IMG/VR virus record: IMGVR_UViG_3300015607_004593
Span: 157,971-221,970 of that record
Reading direction: 5' to 3' (one strand)
Length of the DNA: 64,000 nt
Source of the DNA: a virus
Taxonomy: Duplodnaviria; Caudoviricetes
The position numbers and the translations under genes were made by a program. The notes under the pieces were generated by a model that did not search any database, had not been told where the DNA came from, and saw only the letters and a list, made by a program, of their open reading frames with translations. Positions 1 to 10,598 of this stretch are shown here, piece after piece; the stretch's first letter is position 1, and every line of letters starts with the position of its first letter.

Positions 1-357
1 TTTATCTTTATCTTTTAAAGGAACACCAAAGGCATTTTTTGATGTTTCTGCTTTAAATGATTTTCCTTGAATAGAACCTAAGATAAGAGGTTGTTGTTTT
101 GAATCGCCATCAAGAAAAACACCAAAGACCCATGTTCCTGTAGGGATTCCTGAACGGGAAAGACCTTGACCCGCTGAACCAGAATGAGTAGGAGGAATAA
201 GAATAGATGCCCATGGTAAATCATCAGAAGAAAGAACATTTAGATTATCCGTATGAAGTCCAAATATTCTTACTTTTATTCTTCCACATTTCAAAGGGTC
301 ATTTCTTGATTCACAAACACCTGTAAAAAAATGTGATGAAAGAATAGAATTATCCAT
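1..357 (-). CDS. gp5: Baseplate hub subunit gp5, N-terminal OB-fold (runs off window start)
   Basis: Manual translation: MDNSILSSHFFTGVCESRNDPLKCGRIKVRIFGLHT...LPWA...GTWVFGVFLDGDSKQQPLILGSI, the typical gp5 N-terminus. Confidence 0.9.
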   Translation of the reverse strand, partial: MDNSILSSHFFTGVCESRNDPLKCGRIKVRIFGLHTDNLNVLSSDDLPWASILIPPTHSGSAGQGLSRSGIPTGTWVFGVFLDGDSKQQPLILGSIQGKSFKAETSKNAFGVPLKDKDK

Positions 358-381
358 GGTTTAAATTATCTTTTTTTAAAT

Positions 382-1911
382 TTAATCGTATTTGTAAAAT
401 GGTGGTTTTTGTAAAGTTTTTTCTAAGAAAGAATCTTTAGAAAGTTCTACAGAAGTAAAAATTTCATTGTCTGTTTTAACAGAGTGCCTAACTTTCAAAA
501 CAAAATAGGTTCCAGCAAAATGCACATCAGCGGAAAGACCTTCTGCTGTTGCATTTGTGTCTGCTGAATGGAGATATAAATCAAAAAACTTTCCTGCTGT
601 TACTGAAAAATTTCCAGGTATTGTTACTGTAAAGTAATTATTGTTCAATTCCTGAAGTTTCATAGTTCTAAAATTTTTTGTAAACTCAGGAGAAAAATCA
701 TCTTTACCCTTTAAGAATAATTCACTTGCTCTTGGTACAACCTTTATAAAGGCATCTGGATAATCAGGAGATTTATATTCTGTTTTTTTCTGTCTAATGT
801 CATTAGACATTTTATCTTCTTTGGGAAATACATTTAGAGAATTTTCTTTGTTTGCTTCTATTCTAGGAATATCAGCATAATGTTCATCATAATTATAAGT
901 AAATTCTTTGATTCTTTTAGAAGTTATATCAAACGTAATTAACTTAGAAGCATAGACACCTTTCTTTAGATTCTCCATGAAATCAAAATCTTTATCTAAA
1001 GAATATGAAATTGCAGACATGAATGTATCAAGAGGAGGAAATATTTCTTTTGAATCAAGAAAGAAATTAGTAGTATTGAATAGAATTAATTTATTTCTTT
1101 TGTTGTTGCTCTTCTTTTCTAAATCAATCTCTAAATTCATAGGGACTGGTGTATCTTTTGAATGATTGTATTTTTCTAAAATATCAGCCCAACAAATAAA
1201 ATTAAATTTTCTATTCATAGTTTCAAAAAAGAAATAAGGATTTCCTTTTTTGTTGTTTGAAGCTCTTGATGCCAAAAGATAGAAACAATCAAAGGGATTT
1301 AAATTTGGAAAATGAATAGAAAGCTCTTTTTGATTTTTTGAATCAAAAGCAAAGAAATTTTTCTGAGGAGAAAAAGGAACATCTCTCAATTTTTCTTGAG
1401 TGGTTTGAGGTGGTTGAATGACGGAATCCATTTCTTCTGAAAATGCAAGAAAAATTGAATTGTAGATTTCAGAGGGTTTTTGATTTAGATAGGTAGTACA
1501 AATTCTAGTTTGAAGATTCCAAAGAGCTTCTTTTGAACAAAATTTAATACAATAGACTTGATGTTGTTTTAAAGCATGTGCCTTTTTTTCAAGAGAATAA
1601 ACACAGAAATTATATCTTTCTCTTAAGACAAATCCCTCACCGTTTTCATAATCTTTATCATCAATAAAATTCCAAATTTCAATTTTTAAATCTTCACCAC
1701 CTATGATTGGGCCATAAGAAGGAAGATTAAAACTTTCTGAAATAATAATATCTCCAAAGACAACGGGGGAAAATATAGATTCATAAAAATTAAGTTCAAG
1801 ATAATGTAATCTAAGGTCTAATTCTACTTTAGAAGATGTAGTAATCTGAAGAATAGATATTCCTGATGTATTTGCAACAGAAGCATTTACCGCTGAATTA
1901 GTTTCACTCAT
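382..1911 (-). CDS. Baseplate hub protein (gp27-like)
   Basis: Between gp53 and gp5; YESIF..G motif, YFFFET, C-terminal IPGN...AGTYFVLKVRH typical of hub proteins. Confidence 0.65.
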   Translation of the reverse strand: MSETNSAVNASVANTSGISILQITTSSKVELDLRLHYLELNFYESIFSPVVFGDIIISESFNLPSYGPIIGGEDLKIEIWNFIDDKDYENGEGFVLRERYNFCVYSLEKKAHALKQHQVYCIKFCSKEALWNLQTRICTTYLNQKPSEIYNSIFLAFSEEMDSVIQPPQTTQEKLRDVPFSPQKNFFAFDSKNQKELSIHFPNLNPFDCFYLLASRASNNKKGNPYFFFETMNRKFNFICWADILEKYNHSKDTPVPMNLEIDLEKKSNNKRNKLILFNTTNFFLDSKEIFPPLDTFMSAISYSLDKDFDFMENLKKGVYASKLITFDITSKRIKEFTYNYDEHYADIPRIEANKENSLNVFPKEDKMSNDIRQKKTEYKSPDYPDAFIKVVPRASELFLKGKDDFSPEFTKNFRTMKLQELNNNYFTVTIPGNFSVTAGKFFDLYLHSADTNATAEGLSADVHFAGTYFVLKVRHSVKTDNEIFTSVELSKDSFLEKTLQKPPFYKYD

Positions 1912-2423
1912 ACATCAAAAATCTCTTGAATTTCTGAAATGATTTGCGAAAGAAATTCAGGGCGAATGATTCTAATGATTCTTCTTTCTTCATTCAATCT
2001 TCTTTCATAATAATCATTAGTTATCTTTATGACATCTTTATAGAGTAAAGAATATTTTGATTTTTCATAATAAAAAACATCAACATCATCAAGAATAGTT
2101 CCATCAATCTTTTCATAATGATGAACATCAAAAAGGTTTATTCCGTATTTTTCTTTTATAAAATCCGTCATTTCTTGTTCAGATTTATAATTCACAAAAA
2201 AAGGATTTTCAGACCTTGTTGATAAAAGAATTAACCAAGAATATTCTGCTGAGCCATAAATTCTTTCAGCTATAGATTCTATAGTTTCCCCTTGAATGAC
2301 TTCTACTGTAAAAAAATATTTTTCTTGATTTAAAACCTTTTCAAAAAAATCATATCTCTTTGTGATATTTGTTAGAATCATATTATTTTTTATAAAGGTT
2401 GGAAAATATTTAAAATAAAACAT
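1908..2423 (-). CDS. gp53: Baseplate wedge subunit gp53
   Basis: YFKYFP, LysM-like ETIESIAERIYGSAEYSWLILL, VHHYE, YERRLNEERRII. Confidence 0.85.
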   Translation of the reverse strand: MFYFKYFPTFIKNNMILTNITKRYDFFEKVLNQEKYFFTVEVIQGETIESIAERIYGSAEYSWLILLSTRSENPFFVNYKSEQEMTDFIKEKYGINLFDVHHYEKIDGTILDDVDVFYYEKSKYSLLYKDVIKITNDYYERRLNEERRIIRIIRPEFLSQIISEIQEIFDV

Positions 2424-2429
2424 TCTCTT

Positions 2430-3452
2430 TTAATATCCTCTATTGATAGATTCTTTTGTTACATAGGACAATTCAGTAAATTTTAAATCAATGGTATAAA
2501 AGATAGGAGCGCCGGTTGTGTTAATAGAGTTTCTATTAGCTTTTCTAAAATCATCTTCTGCTGATGGGTTGTGATAAGAGATAAAATTAAAAGAAGAATC
2601 TGCATTATAATCAACGCCTACAGACGTACAGACAGAAGGTTGAAATTTGTGTAACCAAGGATTGTCGGATTGTCCTTCTGTTTTTTCAGGTGAGCTAGTG
2701 ATATATTTTATTTGAAACACAGAAGGATAAGTAAATAACTTTGCTCCCATGGATTGCAATTTTCCATCTTGGTCAGTAATCAAACCTGAAAACCCAGGAC
2801 GTGATGCCCATTTGAAGATTTGAACAATATCAATAATACTTTGTAATTCTTTTGCATTTCTAGGTATGAGACGAAAATTAAAATTAAATTTTCTAAAAGA
2901 TACACCTTGAAAAACAGCTTCAACATAGGGAATTGACTGTAATCCGGCTTGAATAGAACCAGCGCCGGAAAGTCTTGAATCTATATTTTTTGCAGCGGCA
3001 ATGAAAGCAGAACCCAAAACCTGTTTTCCTGTTTTTTCTAAATTAAGTTCACCATTCCAAATATCTTTTGCAAAGTCAATTCCTGTTGATACTGCTGATA
3101 AAGCATTGTTTGAGGAATCGGTCAGTGACCATGTTGATTCATAAGAAACTTGTTGTTTTGTTGGTATCGAAAGAGCAATGTCCGCTATTCTTTGTTGATT
3201 AGGGGTTGAAACAAGGTCTTGTGTCCCATCTCCTGAAAGTCTATTGTATCCACCGCCTTTATAAGTAAAGATAGAAAATTTTATAATATTCCCAAGATTA
3301 TCTTTTTTTGAATTACCTAAATTTTCAGGAAATCGAAATAATTTTGTTCCTGATGATGAACCTGCTGAAGCTATTTCTTTTCCTAGATTAGACCCAACGC
3401 CTTTAATAATTGTATTATCATCTGTCGCTTGAATAGTTCCATTATCCGCCAT
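2430..3452 (-). CDS. gp48: Baseplate tail tube cap gp48
   Basis: PYVEAVFQGVSFRKFNFNFRLIPRNAKE...YPSVFQIKY...LKFTEL. Confidence 0.85.
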   Translation of the reverse strand: MADNGTIQATDDNTIIKGVGSNLGKEIASAGSSSGTKLFRFPENLGNSKKDNLGNIIKFSIFTYKGGGYNRLSGDGTQDLVSTPNQQRIADIALSIPTKQQVSYESTWSLTDSSNNALSAVSTGIDFAKDIWNGELNLEKTGKQVLGSAFIAAAKNIDSRLSGAGSIQAGLQSIPYVEAVFQGVSFRKFNFNFRLIPRNAKELQSIIDIVQIFKWASRPGFSGLITDQDGKLQSMGAKLFTYPSVFQIKYITSSPEKTEGQSDNPWLHKFQPSVCTSVGVDYNADSSFNFISYHNPSAEDDFRKANRNSINTTGAPIFYTIDLKFTELSYVTKESINRGY

Positions 3453-3541
3453 TGTAGTATTATTCTTGTTTTAAAAGAGAAGATTTGTAAGTTATTTATT
3501 TTAAAATAAATATTTTCTAAAATAAAAAAGGAATTTGTTTT

Positions 3542-4075
3542 GTGCAGAAAGTATATAAACTAAAGAAGCCGGAAAAATATCTTGGAAATCCTTCTCTAAT
3601 CATTGCTCGTTCGTCTTGGGAATGGAGTTTTCTAAAATTTTTAGAAGAATCTCCAATGATAAAATATTTTTCATCCGAAGAATTAGCCATACCTTATTTT
3701 CTTTTGACAGATAAAAAGTTTCATAGATATTTTCCTGATTTTATTGTTGAATTAATAACAGGTGATAGATTCATTATCGAGATAAAACCTTTTGAACAGC
3801 GTATTTGTAAAAATAAAAGACATCAAATTATTTTTATTAAAAATCAATGTAAATGGCAAGCTGCAACTGAAGTTGCAAAAAACAATAATATTACTTTTAT
3901 TATTCTTGATCAATATGACCTTAGACGAATAGGAGTAAAGATTTCACTTTCATCAAGAAAAATACCTAAAGAAAAAATACTTTTTGAACAAACAGACCCT
4001 TACAGTAAATCCGTAGAAAAATTAACTACTCCTTTACTTCTTTTGGAAAAAGCTAAGAATGGCAAACAATCCTAG
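3542..4075 (+). CDS. gp4: Head completion nuclease gp4 (TnsA-like)
   Basis: PEKYLGNP, RSSWE, SSEELAIPY, HRYFPDF, IEIKP, NQCKWQAA. Confidence 0.9.
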   Translation: MQKVYKLKKPEKYLGNPSLIIARSSWEWSFLKFLEESPMIKYFSSEELAIPYFLLTDKKFHRYFPDFIVELITGDRFIIEIKPFEQRICKNKRHQIIFIKNQCKWQAATEVAKNNNITFIILDQYDLRRIGVKISLSSRKIPKEKILFEQTDPYSKSVEKLTTPLLLLEKAKNGKQS

Positions 4076-4754
4076 ATCAAAAACAGCGAATGATAATATA
4101 TTTGACCATAAAAATATAGATATTAATAGCATATCATCTGCATCATCTATTGTTTCTAAAATGGCAAAATATTCATTTGCTAGACAAAATAGATTTATTA
4201 TTGAATTTTCTTTACCTGTCTATGTTTATGAATATGTAAAATCAAGAGATAGCACATTTTCATCAGGTATTGATTCGGAAAGGTTTAGAGCTTTAAAATT
4301 TAATTGTCATAGGGCATCTACTCCCGATAGAAATATTTCAGTATTAGATATTAGAGATTCTTCACACAATTCTTTAGTAGCATCATTTGGTAGTTTGAAT
4401 AACACGATTTCTCTTTCTTTTATTTGTTTTGCAGATATGAAAGAAAAAGTTTTAATGGATTATTGGTATGAGTACATATTTTCTCAAGAATCAAGAACGA
4501 TGATGTTTTTAGATGACTATTCTACAACTATTACTATGTATCAATTAGATGGTAAAAATAAACCAACTTATGGAATAAAAATGCTTTCTGCTTTTCCTTC
4601 TAATGTCCAAGGTTCACAATACGACTATCAGCCTTCTTCTATGCCTGTTAATTTAGATGTAAGATTTACATTCTCAGAAATAGAAACATTTGATTATATT
4701 AATTCATCAAGAACTTCTGATAGTAAATCTTCTAACAGGTCGAAAATGATATGA
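4059..4754 (+). CDS. Baseplate tail tube initiator gp54-like (gp19 fold)
   Basis: ARQNRF..., ITMYQLD, AFPSNV...LDVRFTF tube-protein signatures; baseplate context. Confidence 0.7.
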   Translation: MANNPRSKTANDNIFDHKNIDINSISSASSIVSKMAKYSFARQNRFIIEFSLPVYVYEYVKSRDSTFSSGIDSERFRALKFNCHRASTPDRNISVLDIRDSSHNSLVASFGSLNNTISLSFICFADMKEKVLMDYWYEYIFSQESRTMMFLDDYSTTITMYQLDGKNKPTYGIKMLSAFPSNVQGSQYDYQPSSMPVNLDVRFTFSEIETFDYINSSRTSDSKSSNRSKMI

Positions 4755-5332
4755 TTAGAAATTATGTATCTTGTTTTCTTCCAGTCCAAGAAAATGAAAG
4801 ATTAAGAGATATTTCTATTCTTTTTACTGATGAAGAAAAAGAATCAACAAAAATTAATGCTTCAAATTACACACCTTCTATTCCATTCATTGAATTCATT
4901 GCTGTTTCTTCTTTCTTCGGAAATATTTCAAGTTTAGAAGGAAGAATTTTTGTTTCTTCAATCTCAGAAGCTAAAGCAGAAGTCATTTCTGCTGAAATCA
5001 TCAACGACCAATTATTTTTAGAACTTTCATTCTTTTCTTCATTGTTTTTCTATAAGAATGAGGATATTGTTTCTTTGATGAAAGAAGGTGAAACATCTTC
5101 TATTACACTAAGAGTTTTAGAACGACATTTTAAAAGACCTGAAAATCTATTAGTATCTTTAGAAGATAGAAATAAAATAGATATATTAAAAAACAACGAT
5201 AGGTTTAAATTAAAGTCTATTAAATCTTCTTCATTCAATCATGAAAACAACCTTATCTTGGTAAAAAATTTATTTACAAAAAAGACAGAGATTATTTTCT
5301 TTCAAGAATCAAATCAAACTTCAATAATATAA
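4751..5332 (+). CDS. Hypothetical protein
   Basis: ORF in co-directional operon. Confidence 0.5.
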   Translation: MIRNYVSCFLPVQENERLRDISILFTDEEKESTKINASNYTPSIPFIEFIAVSSFFGNISSLEGRIFVSSISEAKAEVISAEIINDQLFLELSFFSSLFFYKNEDIVSLMKEGETSSITLRVLERHFKRPENLLVSLEDRNKIDILKNNDRFKLKSIKSSSFNHENNLILVKNLFTKKTEIIFFQESNQTSII

Positions 5333-5367
5333 AAACAAAAATAAAAAAAGGAAACTAAAAATTTATT

Positions 5368-6087
5368 ATGATGAAATTACCCTTGATTTCTTATCCAACT
5401 TATTCTGTTAAATTACCTATTTCTGATACTATTGTTAGATATAGACCTTGGGTTTCTATTGAAAATAAGAAGTTTTTAACAGCTTGTCTCTCAAAGAATA
5501 AAATTATTATCTTTGAAGCAATTATTGAAATCTTAAAAGAAACAACATTCAATGCTATTCCCTTAGATGATTTACCTTCTGCTGATATTGAATATCTTTT
5601 TATAAAAGTTAAGGCCGCTTCTAAAGGTGAAATTATTGAATTAACCTATGCTGCAAATCAAGAAAGAGACGGTATTGATGAACTCATTCCCGTTGAATTA
5701 AATCTTCTTGATGTAGAATTAACTCCCCTAGAAGAGAAAACAATTCATCTTTCAGGTGGAATTGGTGTTGAAATGAAATTTCCATCCTTTACAGATTCTT
5801 TGAAGATTGAAGAATTAGAAGATGAATATGAAAAAATAGCACATCTTGTTGATTTTGTTTTTGATGAAAAGAATGTCTATAAAGTTGAAAACAAGTCTGG
5901 TGAATTCGATGTTTCTTATAAAGAAACTACAGAATGGTTGAAAAAGTTGTTAGATACTGATTTAGAAAAAATTATAAAATTTACTACTTCACTTCCTACT
6001 ATCAGAACAACTATTTCTTTCTTTTTTGGAATTCCACCTATAGAGAAAAAGATTGAATTAGTAGGACTCCATGATTTTTTTCTATAA
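5368..6087 (+). CDS. gp26: Baseplate hub assembly protein gp26-like
   Basis: LP...PTY..KLP, YRPW, DIEYLFIKVKAASKGE, GIGVEMKFP, C-terminal GLHDFF. Confidence 0.85.
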   Translation: MMKLPLISYPTYSVKLPISDTIVRYRPWVSIENKKFLTACLSKNKIIIFEAIIEILKETTFNAIPLDDLPSADIEYLFIKVKAASKGEIIELTYAANQERDGIDELIPVELNLLDVELTPLEEKTIHLSGGIGVEMKFPSFTDSLKIEELEDEYEKIAHLVDFVFDEKNVYKVENKSGEFDVSYKETTEWLKKLLDTDLEKIIKFTTSLPTIRTTISFFFGIPPIEKKIELVGLHDFFL

Positions 6088-6272
6088 TTGATAAGGAGGA
6101 TAATTTATTTTCATTTTACAAAACAGATTTTGAAATGAAACAATACGGTGGTTATCTTCTTTCTGAATTAGATTTAATGTTTCCTTATGAAAAGGAAATT
6201 CATCTTGGGATGTTAGTGGAAAAAATTAAAAGGGAAAATGATGCTATAAAAGCTCAAAGAAAAGGGAAATAA
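6081..6272 (+). CDS. gp51-like small hub assembly protein, probably expressed as a -1 frameshift extension of gp26
   Basis: -1 frame open from the T7 run at 6075-6081: SIIDKEDNLFSFYKTDFEMKQYGGYLLSELDLMFPYEKEIHLGMLVEKIKREN; first ATG only at 6135. Confidence 0.65.
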   Translation, partial: SIIDKEDNLFSFYKTDFEMKQYGGYLLSELDLMFPYEKEIHLGMLVEKIKRENDAIKAQRKGK

Positions 6273-6278
6273 AGAAAA

Positions 6279-8738
6279 ATGATTCATACATTACCGCTAC
6301 CAAGCATAATAACAATTCCTAAAAAAAGGAGAGGTAGAAAGAAAAAAAATGATTCTTTAGAACAACAACCAAAGAAATCATTTATTTCACTCTTTGGTGG
6401 GAAAAATAAACCAAATGAAAATCTTGAAGAATCTATCTCTTCTTCTTTATCTCCTCTTTCTATTCCAAAAAGAGAAAATATTGAAACTTCTTTGGAAAAC
6501 ATAAATTCAAATTCTCTCAATCGAAAAAGTGACCAGTCTTTATTGCTTCTTAAAGAAATTTCTGAAACACTTCATCATTTAGATAAGACTACAAATTCAC
6601 TAGAAAAAAAAATAGAAGCATTCACTAAAGTACCTCTTACAAAGAAAGAAAGTAATGATGATAAAAAGATAGATAATAAAATTTCTAAAACCTTTATCAA
6701 AGAATTAAAAAAAGATATAGTTGTTTCTATTTCATCTGTATTAAAAAAATCTATTCCTTCTTCTTTTTCAAAAATACTTTCAAAAAATATTTTAAATGAA
6801 TTAAAATCTAAAAATGTTCTTTTTCCTGAAAGAGAAACTAAAGGTAAAGAAAATATAAATCTTTTTCCTTCCTTTTCTTCTATGCCTTTATTATCATTAA
6901 AAAATGAAGAAGAAAAGAAATCTTTTCTTTCTTCAAGAAATAATAGGGATGAAAAAGAAGAAGATAAAAAACTTTCATCATCTTCTAAAGATGAAGGTTC
7001 TTCTTCTTTAGTTGAAAAAGCTATAGAATTATTTGTGGGATATAAAGGCTCAAAACTTTTACTTGAGAAAGGAGGTGGATTTATAAAATCTTTTTCAGGA
7101 GTAACAGAAGGTTTAGGAATTGGTGGTGAAGCAAGCAAAGGATTGGGAGTAGTTTCAGACGCTACGAAAGGTTTAAAATTTGCTTCTTTTTCAGCAAAAC
7201 CATTTTTAAAAGCTATTCCAATTTTAGGTGAAGTTGTTATGGCGGTTGAAGGATTTGCAGATAACTATGATGAGATTTCAAAAACTGGAAAGGTTTCTTT
7301 CAATTCTCTTGAAAAAAGAGTAGAAAATAATTCATCAAAATTATTTGATACAAAATCAGATTTACTTTCAATATCTAGGTTGGAAGGAGCATTTGGACTT
7401 TTTCAAAATGCAATCATTGATTTACCCCTTACTCTTTCTACAAACTTAGTTTCATCTTTAGATTCTCTTTCCGGCGGCGCTATAACTTCTTTTGGTGATA
7501 AAATAGTAAATTCCCTTGTTTCCTATTTTCATCCCATAGAAGATTCTACTTCAAAATCAGGTCTTTCTTCTTCAACAAAAGACAAAACCCTCAATACTCA
7601 ATCTGGATTTCCTTCATCAATAACCGTTGTAAAACCTGATTCTGGATTTTCATTTCCTCAGACAACACTTAATACTCAATCCGGGTTTTCTTCACCAAGT
7701 TCTTTTCTTGATACTTCTAAAAAAAGTAGCTTTAGCAGTAATAACAAAAGTAATGCTATAGAAACTTCTTCATTTTCAAGTCTTGAAACAAGCATCAATG
7801 ATATTAATAAAACTTTTGATGAAAATAAGAAAAATATTTCATCTTCTGACCTCCTTTCAAATCTTGAAACAAGAATTAATGAAGTTAATAAAACATTCGT
7901 TGAAAGTAAGAATGATTCTTCAGAAGTAGATACTAAAAATGTAATAGAAAAATTAAGAATAGAAATAGAATCTATAAGTAACACTCTAAAAGAAAATAAT
8001 AAAACTTCCTTATCTCTAAGAAAAATAGAAAGCGATAATACTACTCGTTTAAATGAAAATTTAAAAGACAATCTAATATCATCAACAACAAATGATTCTT
8101 TAATACCTAATAATACTAAAGATTCTTCTTCTAATTCTTCAGATACACAAAATTTAACATCTAAACCATCTTTACCTTGGTATAAAAATTTAAATCCTAT
8201 GAAATGGAATTGGAGTCCGGTTACAAAACCTGTAGATAATTCTATTAATTCAACAGTAAAAGATGTAAAACAATATGTATCATCTCAATTTTCTGAAAAC
8301 AGAGAAGAAGATAATTTAAAAAATTTACAAGCATCACAAAATCAAGGAATCAATAAGATTGAACAACAACAAGAGAATCAAAAAAAATCTGAAAAGGATT
8401 CTTTAAATTCATATCAAAATAAAAATAATCTTTCTGATATAAGTTTGGGGTTAGACACTTCTTCAGAAGAAAATAAAAGAAGAACTGTTAATCAATCAAT
8501 CTATGACATCTTACCTTCTTCAAAAGAATCTTCACTAGAAAAATTGATGAATCAAACTTCAATTGCAATGAATAATAAAATTGAAAGTTCTAATCCTGTA
8601 ATTATTCCTATTCCACCACCAACAGTTGTCGTTCAACAATCAAATTCTGATTCAAAGAAGCCTATTTCTCCTTCTTCTCCAGACCCTTCTTCACTTCGAG
8701 ATTTAATGAGTTCAGGAAACAGATTTGCTTTCTCTTAA
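6279..8738 (+). CDS. Tape-measure / gp29-like baseplate hub protein
   Basis: 819 aa after gp26/gp51; helical low-complexity sequence, GG..FLKAIPILGEV segment, Pro-rich C-terminus. Confidence 0.55.
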   Translation: MIHTLPLPSIITIPKKRRGRKKKNDSLEQQPKKSFISLFGGKNKPNENLEESISSSLSPLSIPKRENIETSLENINSNSLNRKSDQSLLLLKEISETLHHLDKTTNSLEKKIEAFTKVPLTKKESNDDKKIDNKISKTFIKELKKDIVVSISSVLKKSIPSSFSKILSKNILNELKSKNVLFPERETKGKENINLFPSFSSMPLLSLKNEEEKKSFLSSRNNRDEKEEDKKLSSSSKDEGSSSLVEKAIELFVGYKGSKLLLEKGGGFIKSFSGVTEGLGIGGEASKGLGVVSDATKGLKFASFSAKPFLKAIPILGEVVMAVEGFADNYDEISKTGKVSFNSLEKRVENNSSKLFDTKSDLLSISRLEGAFGLFQNAIIDLPLTLSTNLVSSLDSLSGGAITSFGDKIVNSLVSYFHPIEDSTSKSGLSSSTKDKTLNTQSGFPSSITVVKPDSGFSFPQTTLNTQSGFSSPSSFLDTSKKSSFSSNNKSNAIETSSFSSLETSINDINKTFDENKKNISSSDLLSNLETRINEVNKTFVESKNDSSEVDTKNVIEKLRIEIESISNTLKENNKTSLSLRKIESDNTTRLNENLKDNLISSTTNDSLIPNNTKDSSSNSSDTQNLTSKPSLPWYKNLNPMKWNWSPVTKPVDNSINSTVKDVKQYVSSQFSENREEDNLKNLQASQNQGINKIEQQQENQKKSEKDSLNSYQNKNNLSDISLGLDTSSEENKRRTVNQSIYDILPSSKESSLEKLMNQTSIAMNNKIESSNPVIIPIPPPTVVVQQSNSDSKKPISPSSPDPSSLRDLMSSGNRFAFS

Positions 8739-8769
8739 TTAAGGAGAAAGAGAGAAAGCAATAGAAAAT

Positions 8770-8814
8770 AAAAACCCCACATCCTAAACAATCTAGGAAG
8801 TGGGGTTATTTTTT
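8770..8814. terminator. Bidirectional intrinsic terminator
   Basis: AACCCCAC..CCTA / TAGG..GTGGGGTT hairpin with A/T tails between convergent genes. Confidence 0.7.
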
Positions 8815-8839
8815 AGTTTAAGATGATAATGTTCTAAAA

Positions 8840-9763
8840 TTAGAATGGTGAATATTCATCTTCATCAGCAGTATCTTTCTCTTTAATTTTATTTAAAAAG
8901 GCATTAAACTTATCTGCTTGTGAATTAGATGAAGAAGATTGGTCTTTAATGTTATCATCATCATCACTATATGATGATTCTGAACTATAACCTGTATTAG
9001 TACCAGTTAAATTCTTTTCTTCAAGGATTACATCAAAAAACCTCTTTTCTAAGATATTAAAATCTTTGTACATATTTGGAGTAAAAAAGGAATTTAAATC
9101 ATATTGACATTTCCAAATTTTTTCTAAAACTTCATCATCTTGTGAGAGTGCCGATGGTGGGTCAAAAGAAGAAGAATCATAAGACCTTTGTTTTGCAACA
9201 TTACGAATCTTCATTCTAAAATTTGCACCTTCCCAAAAATCGAAAGGTGAAAATTCTTTTGAATCAGGAAAGACAGGATTCGTACAAGCCTTAATCATTT
9301 CTAATATTTTTGTTCCATAAGTAAACAAAAATACCTTTCCTTCATTTTCAGGATTCTTTGGGTCTTGAATAACATAGATATTTGAAACAATTCTCTTCTT
9401 TCGTTTACGTTCACGAACAATAGCTTTATTTGATTCAATACCTGTATTCCAAAGAATATTATTCTTATCACATACAGGACATGGTTTTCCAATTGAAGTT
9501 GGGCAATTCTCAATAAACCACTTTCCCGTTAATTGATTCTTAAAAGCATGTGTATAATAATTAATGAAAGCAGGAGAATCATCAGTAGCTTCTGAAGGAG
9601 GAAGAAATCTAATGATTGCAAATCCATTTCCGTTTGCATCAACTGTTGGTTTCCATTGTCTATCATCTTCGTAGGAACGTGATGAATCTTTTGCAAAATC
9701 TTTCTCAAGCATTGAAATAGAATTTTGTTTCTTTAAAGCAGCAAATGATGATGAAATAGCCAT
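8840..9763 (-). CDS. gp32: Single-stranded DNA-binding protein gp32
   Basis: GNGFAIIRFLP, H..KWFIENCPTSIGKPCPVC, NEGKVFLF, PFDFWEGANF, acidic tail. Confidence 0.95.
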   Translation of the reverse strand: MAISSSFAALKKQNSISMLEKDFAKDSSRSYEDDRQWKPTVDANGNGFAIIRFLPPSEATDDSPAFINYYTHAFKNQLTGKWFIENCPTSIGKPCPVCDKNNILWNTGIESNKAIVRERKRKKRIVSNIYVIQDPKNPENEGKVFLFTYGTKILEMIKACTNPVFPDSKEFSPFDFWEGANFRMKIRNVAKQRSYDSSSFDPPSALSQDDEVLEKIWKCQYDLNSFFTPNMYKDFNILEKRFFDVILEEKNLTGTNTGYSSESSYSDDDDNIKDQSSSSNSQADKFNAFLNKIKEKDTADEDEYSPF

Positions 9764-9880
9764 TTTTTTTATTTCCTCTATGGGATAAATTATTTTATTT
9801 GTGAAACGTGTCTTTAATTGAAATGTGACTAATTATGTTTCTAAATCATTTTATAACGAAATTTATTTATTTCTAAAACT

Positions 9881-10108
9881 TTATACTCCTTTTGCTTTTT
9901 TAACAAGTTTTCTTAATTCATCTGATGAAAATTTTACCTTTTCTTCTTTAGAAAAAGAAAGAGCATGAAGAATTCTTTCTTTTCCTGAATAGGGTTTCAT
10001 AAAAGAAGAAAAGTTTGAAATGTTAATATTATATTCAAAAATATGCCTTGGGCAATGTTTCCAAGAAACAAAAATATTCATTTTTTTAAAATTTTCCTGT
10101 TGTACCAA
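9881..10108 (-). CDS. Hypothetical protein
   Basis: ORF in operon. Confidence 0.4.
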   Translation of the reverse strand: MVQQENFKKMNIFVSWKHCPRHIFEYNINISNFSSFMKPYSGKERILHALSFSKEEKVKFSSDELRKLVKKAKGV

Positions 10109-10598
10109 ACCCTTCAGAATTTCTTTGTGTAATCCTTGTGAATTCGTTTACAACAAATCCTGAATTTACTTGAATCTTTGGTAGAAAAAATGCTTGGGCA
10201 ATACGTTGTCCTGGTTCAATGATTTCATATTCCATGGTTTTGTTAGAGATAGAACAAAGAATTTGACCTTGAAAATCACAATCAACAATACCAAAAGCAT
10301 TAGTAAGACTAAATTTATTAGAAAGAGAAGAACGAATTGCTAAACAAATTCCAAATTCAACATCTTCATTCCATGCTTGAATTGCAATTCCTGAAGGAAT
10401 TCTAACGATTTGATTGCTGGTCAAAGGGCCGATTTCAATAGGTTCTTCTATGACTGCAAACAAATCAAATGCCATAGCCCCTGAAGTTTTATAAGGAAAT
10501 GAATAAAGTCCTGAGTTAATATCAATTATATTCAACTTTTCTTGCAAGGGTTGATTGAACAACTTTACTTCTACAAAAGAAGGAATTAATGACATCAT
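10086..10598 (-). CDS. dut: dUTPase
   Basis: AFDL, RSS, GIVDCDFQG, GQRIAQ, R..EGFGTTG (motifs 1-5). Confidence 0.92.
   Translation of the reverse strand: MMSLIPSFVEVKLFNQPLQEKLNIIDINSGLYSFPYKTSGAMAFDLFAVIEEPIEIGPLTSNQIVRIPSGIAIQAWNEDVEFGICLAIRSSLSNKFSLTNAFGIVDCDFQGQILCSISNKTMEYEIIEPGQRIAQAFFLPKIQVNSGFVVNEFTRITQRNSEGFGTTGKF

Noticed and set aside
6284-8071. Antisense ORFs (also 977, 20133, 23910, 33854, 35605, 35975, 58029 and others)
   Set aside because: They are shadows of real genes on the opposite strand or frame, with biased composition and no motifs.
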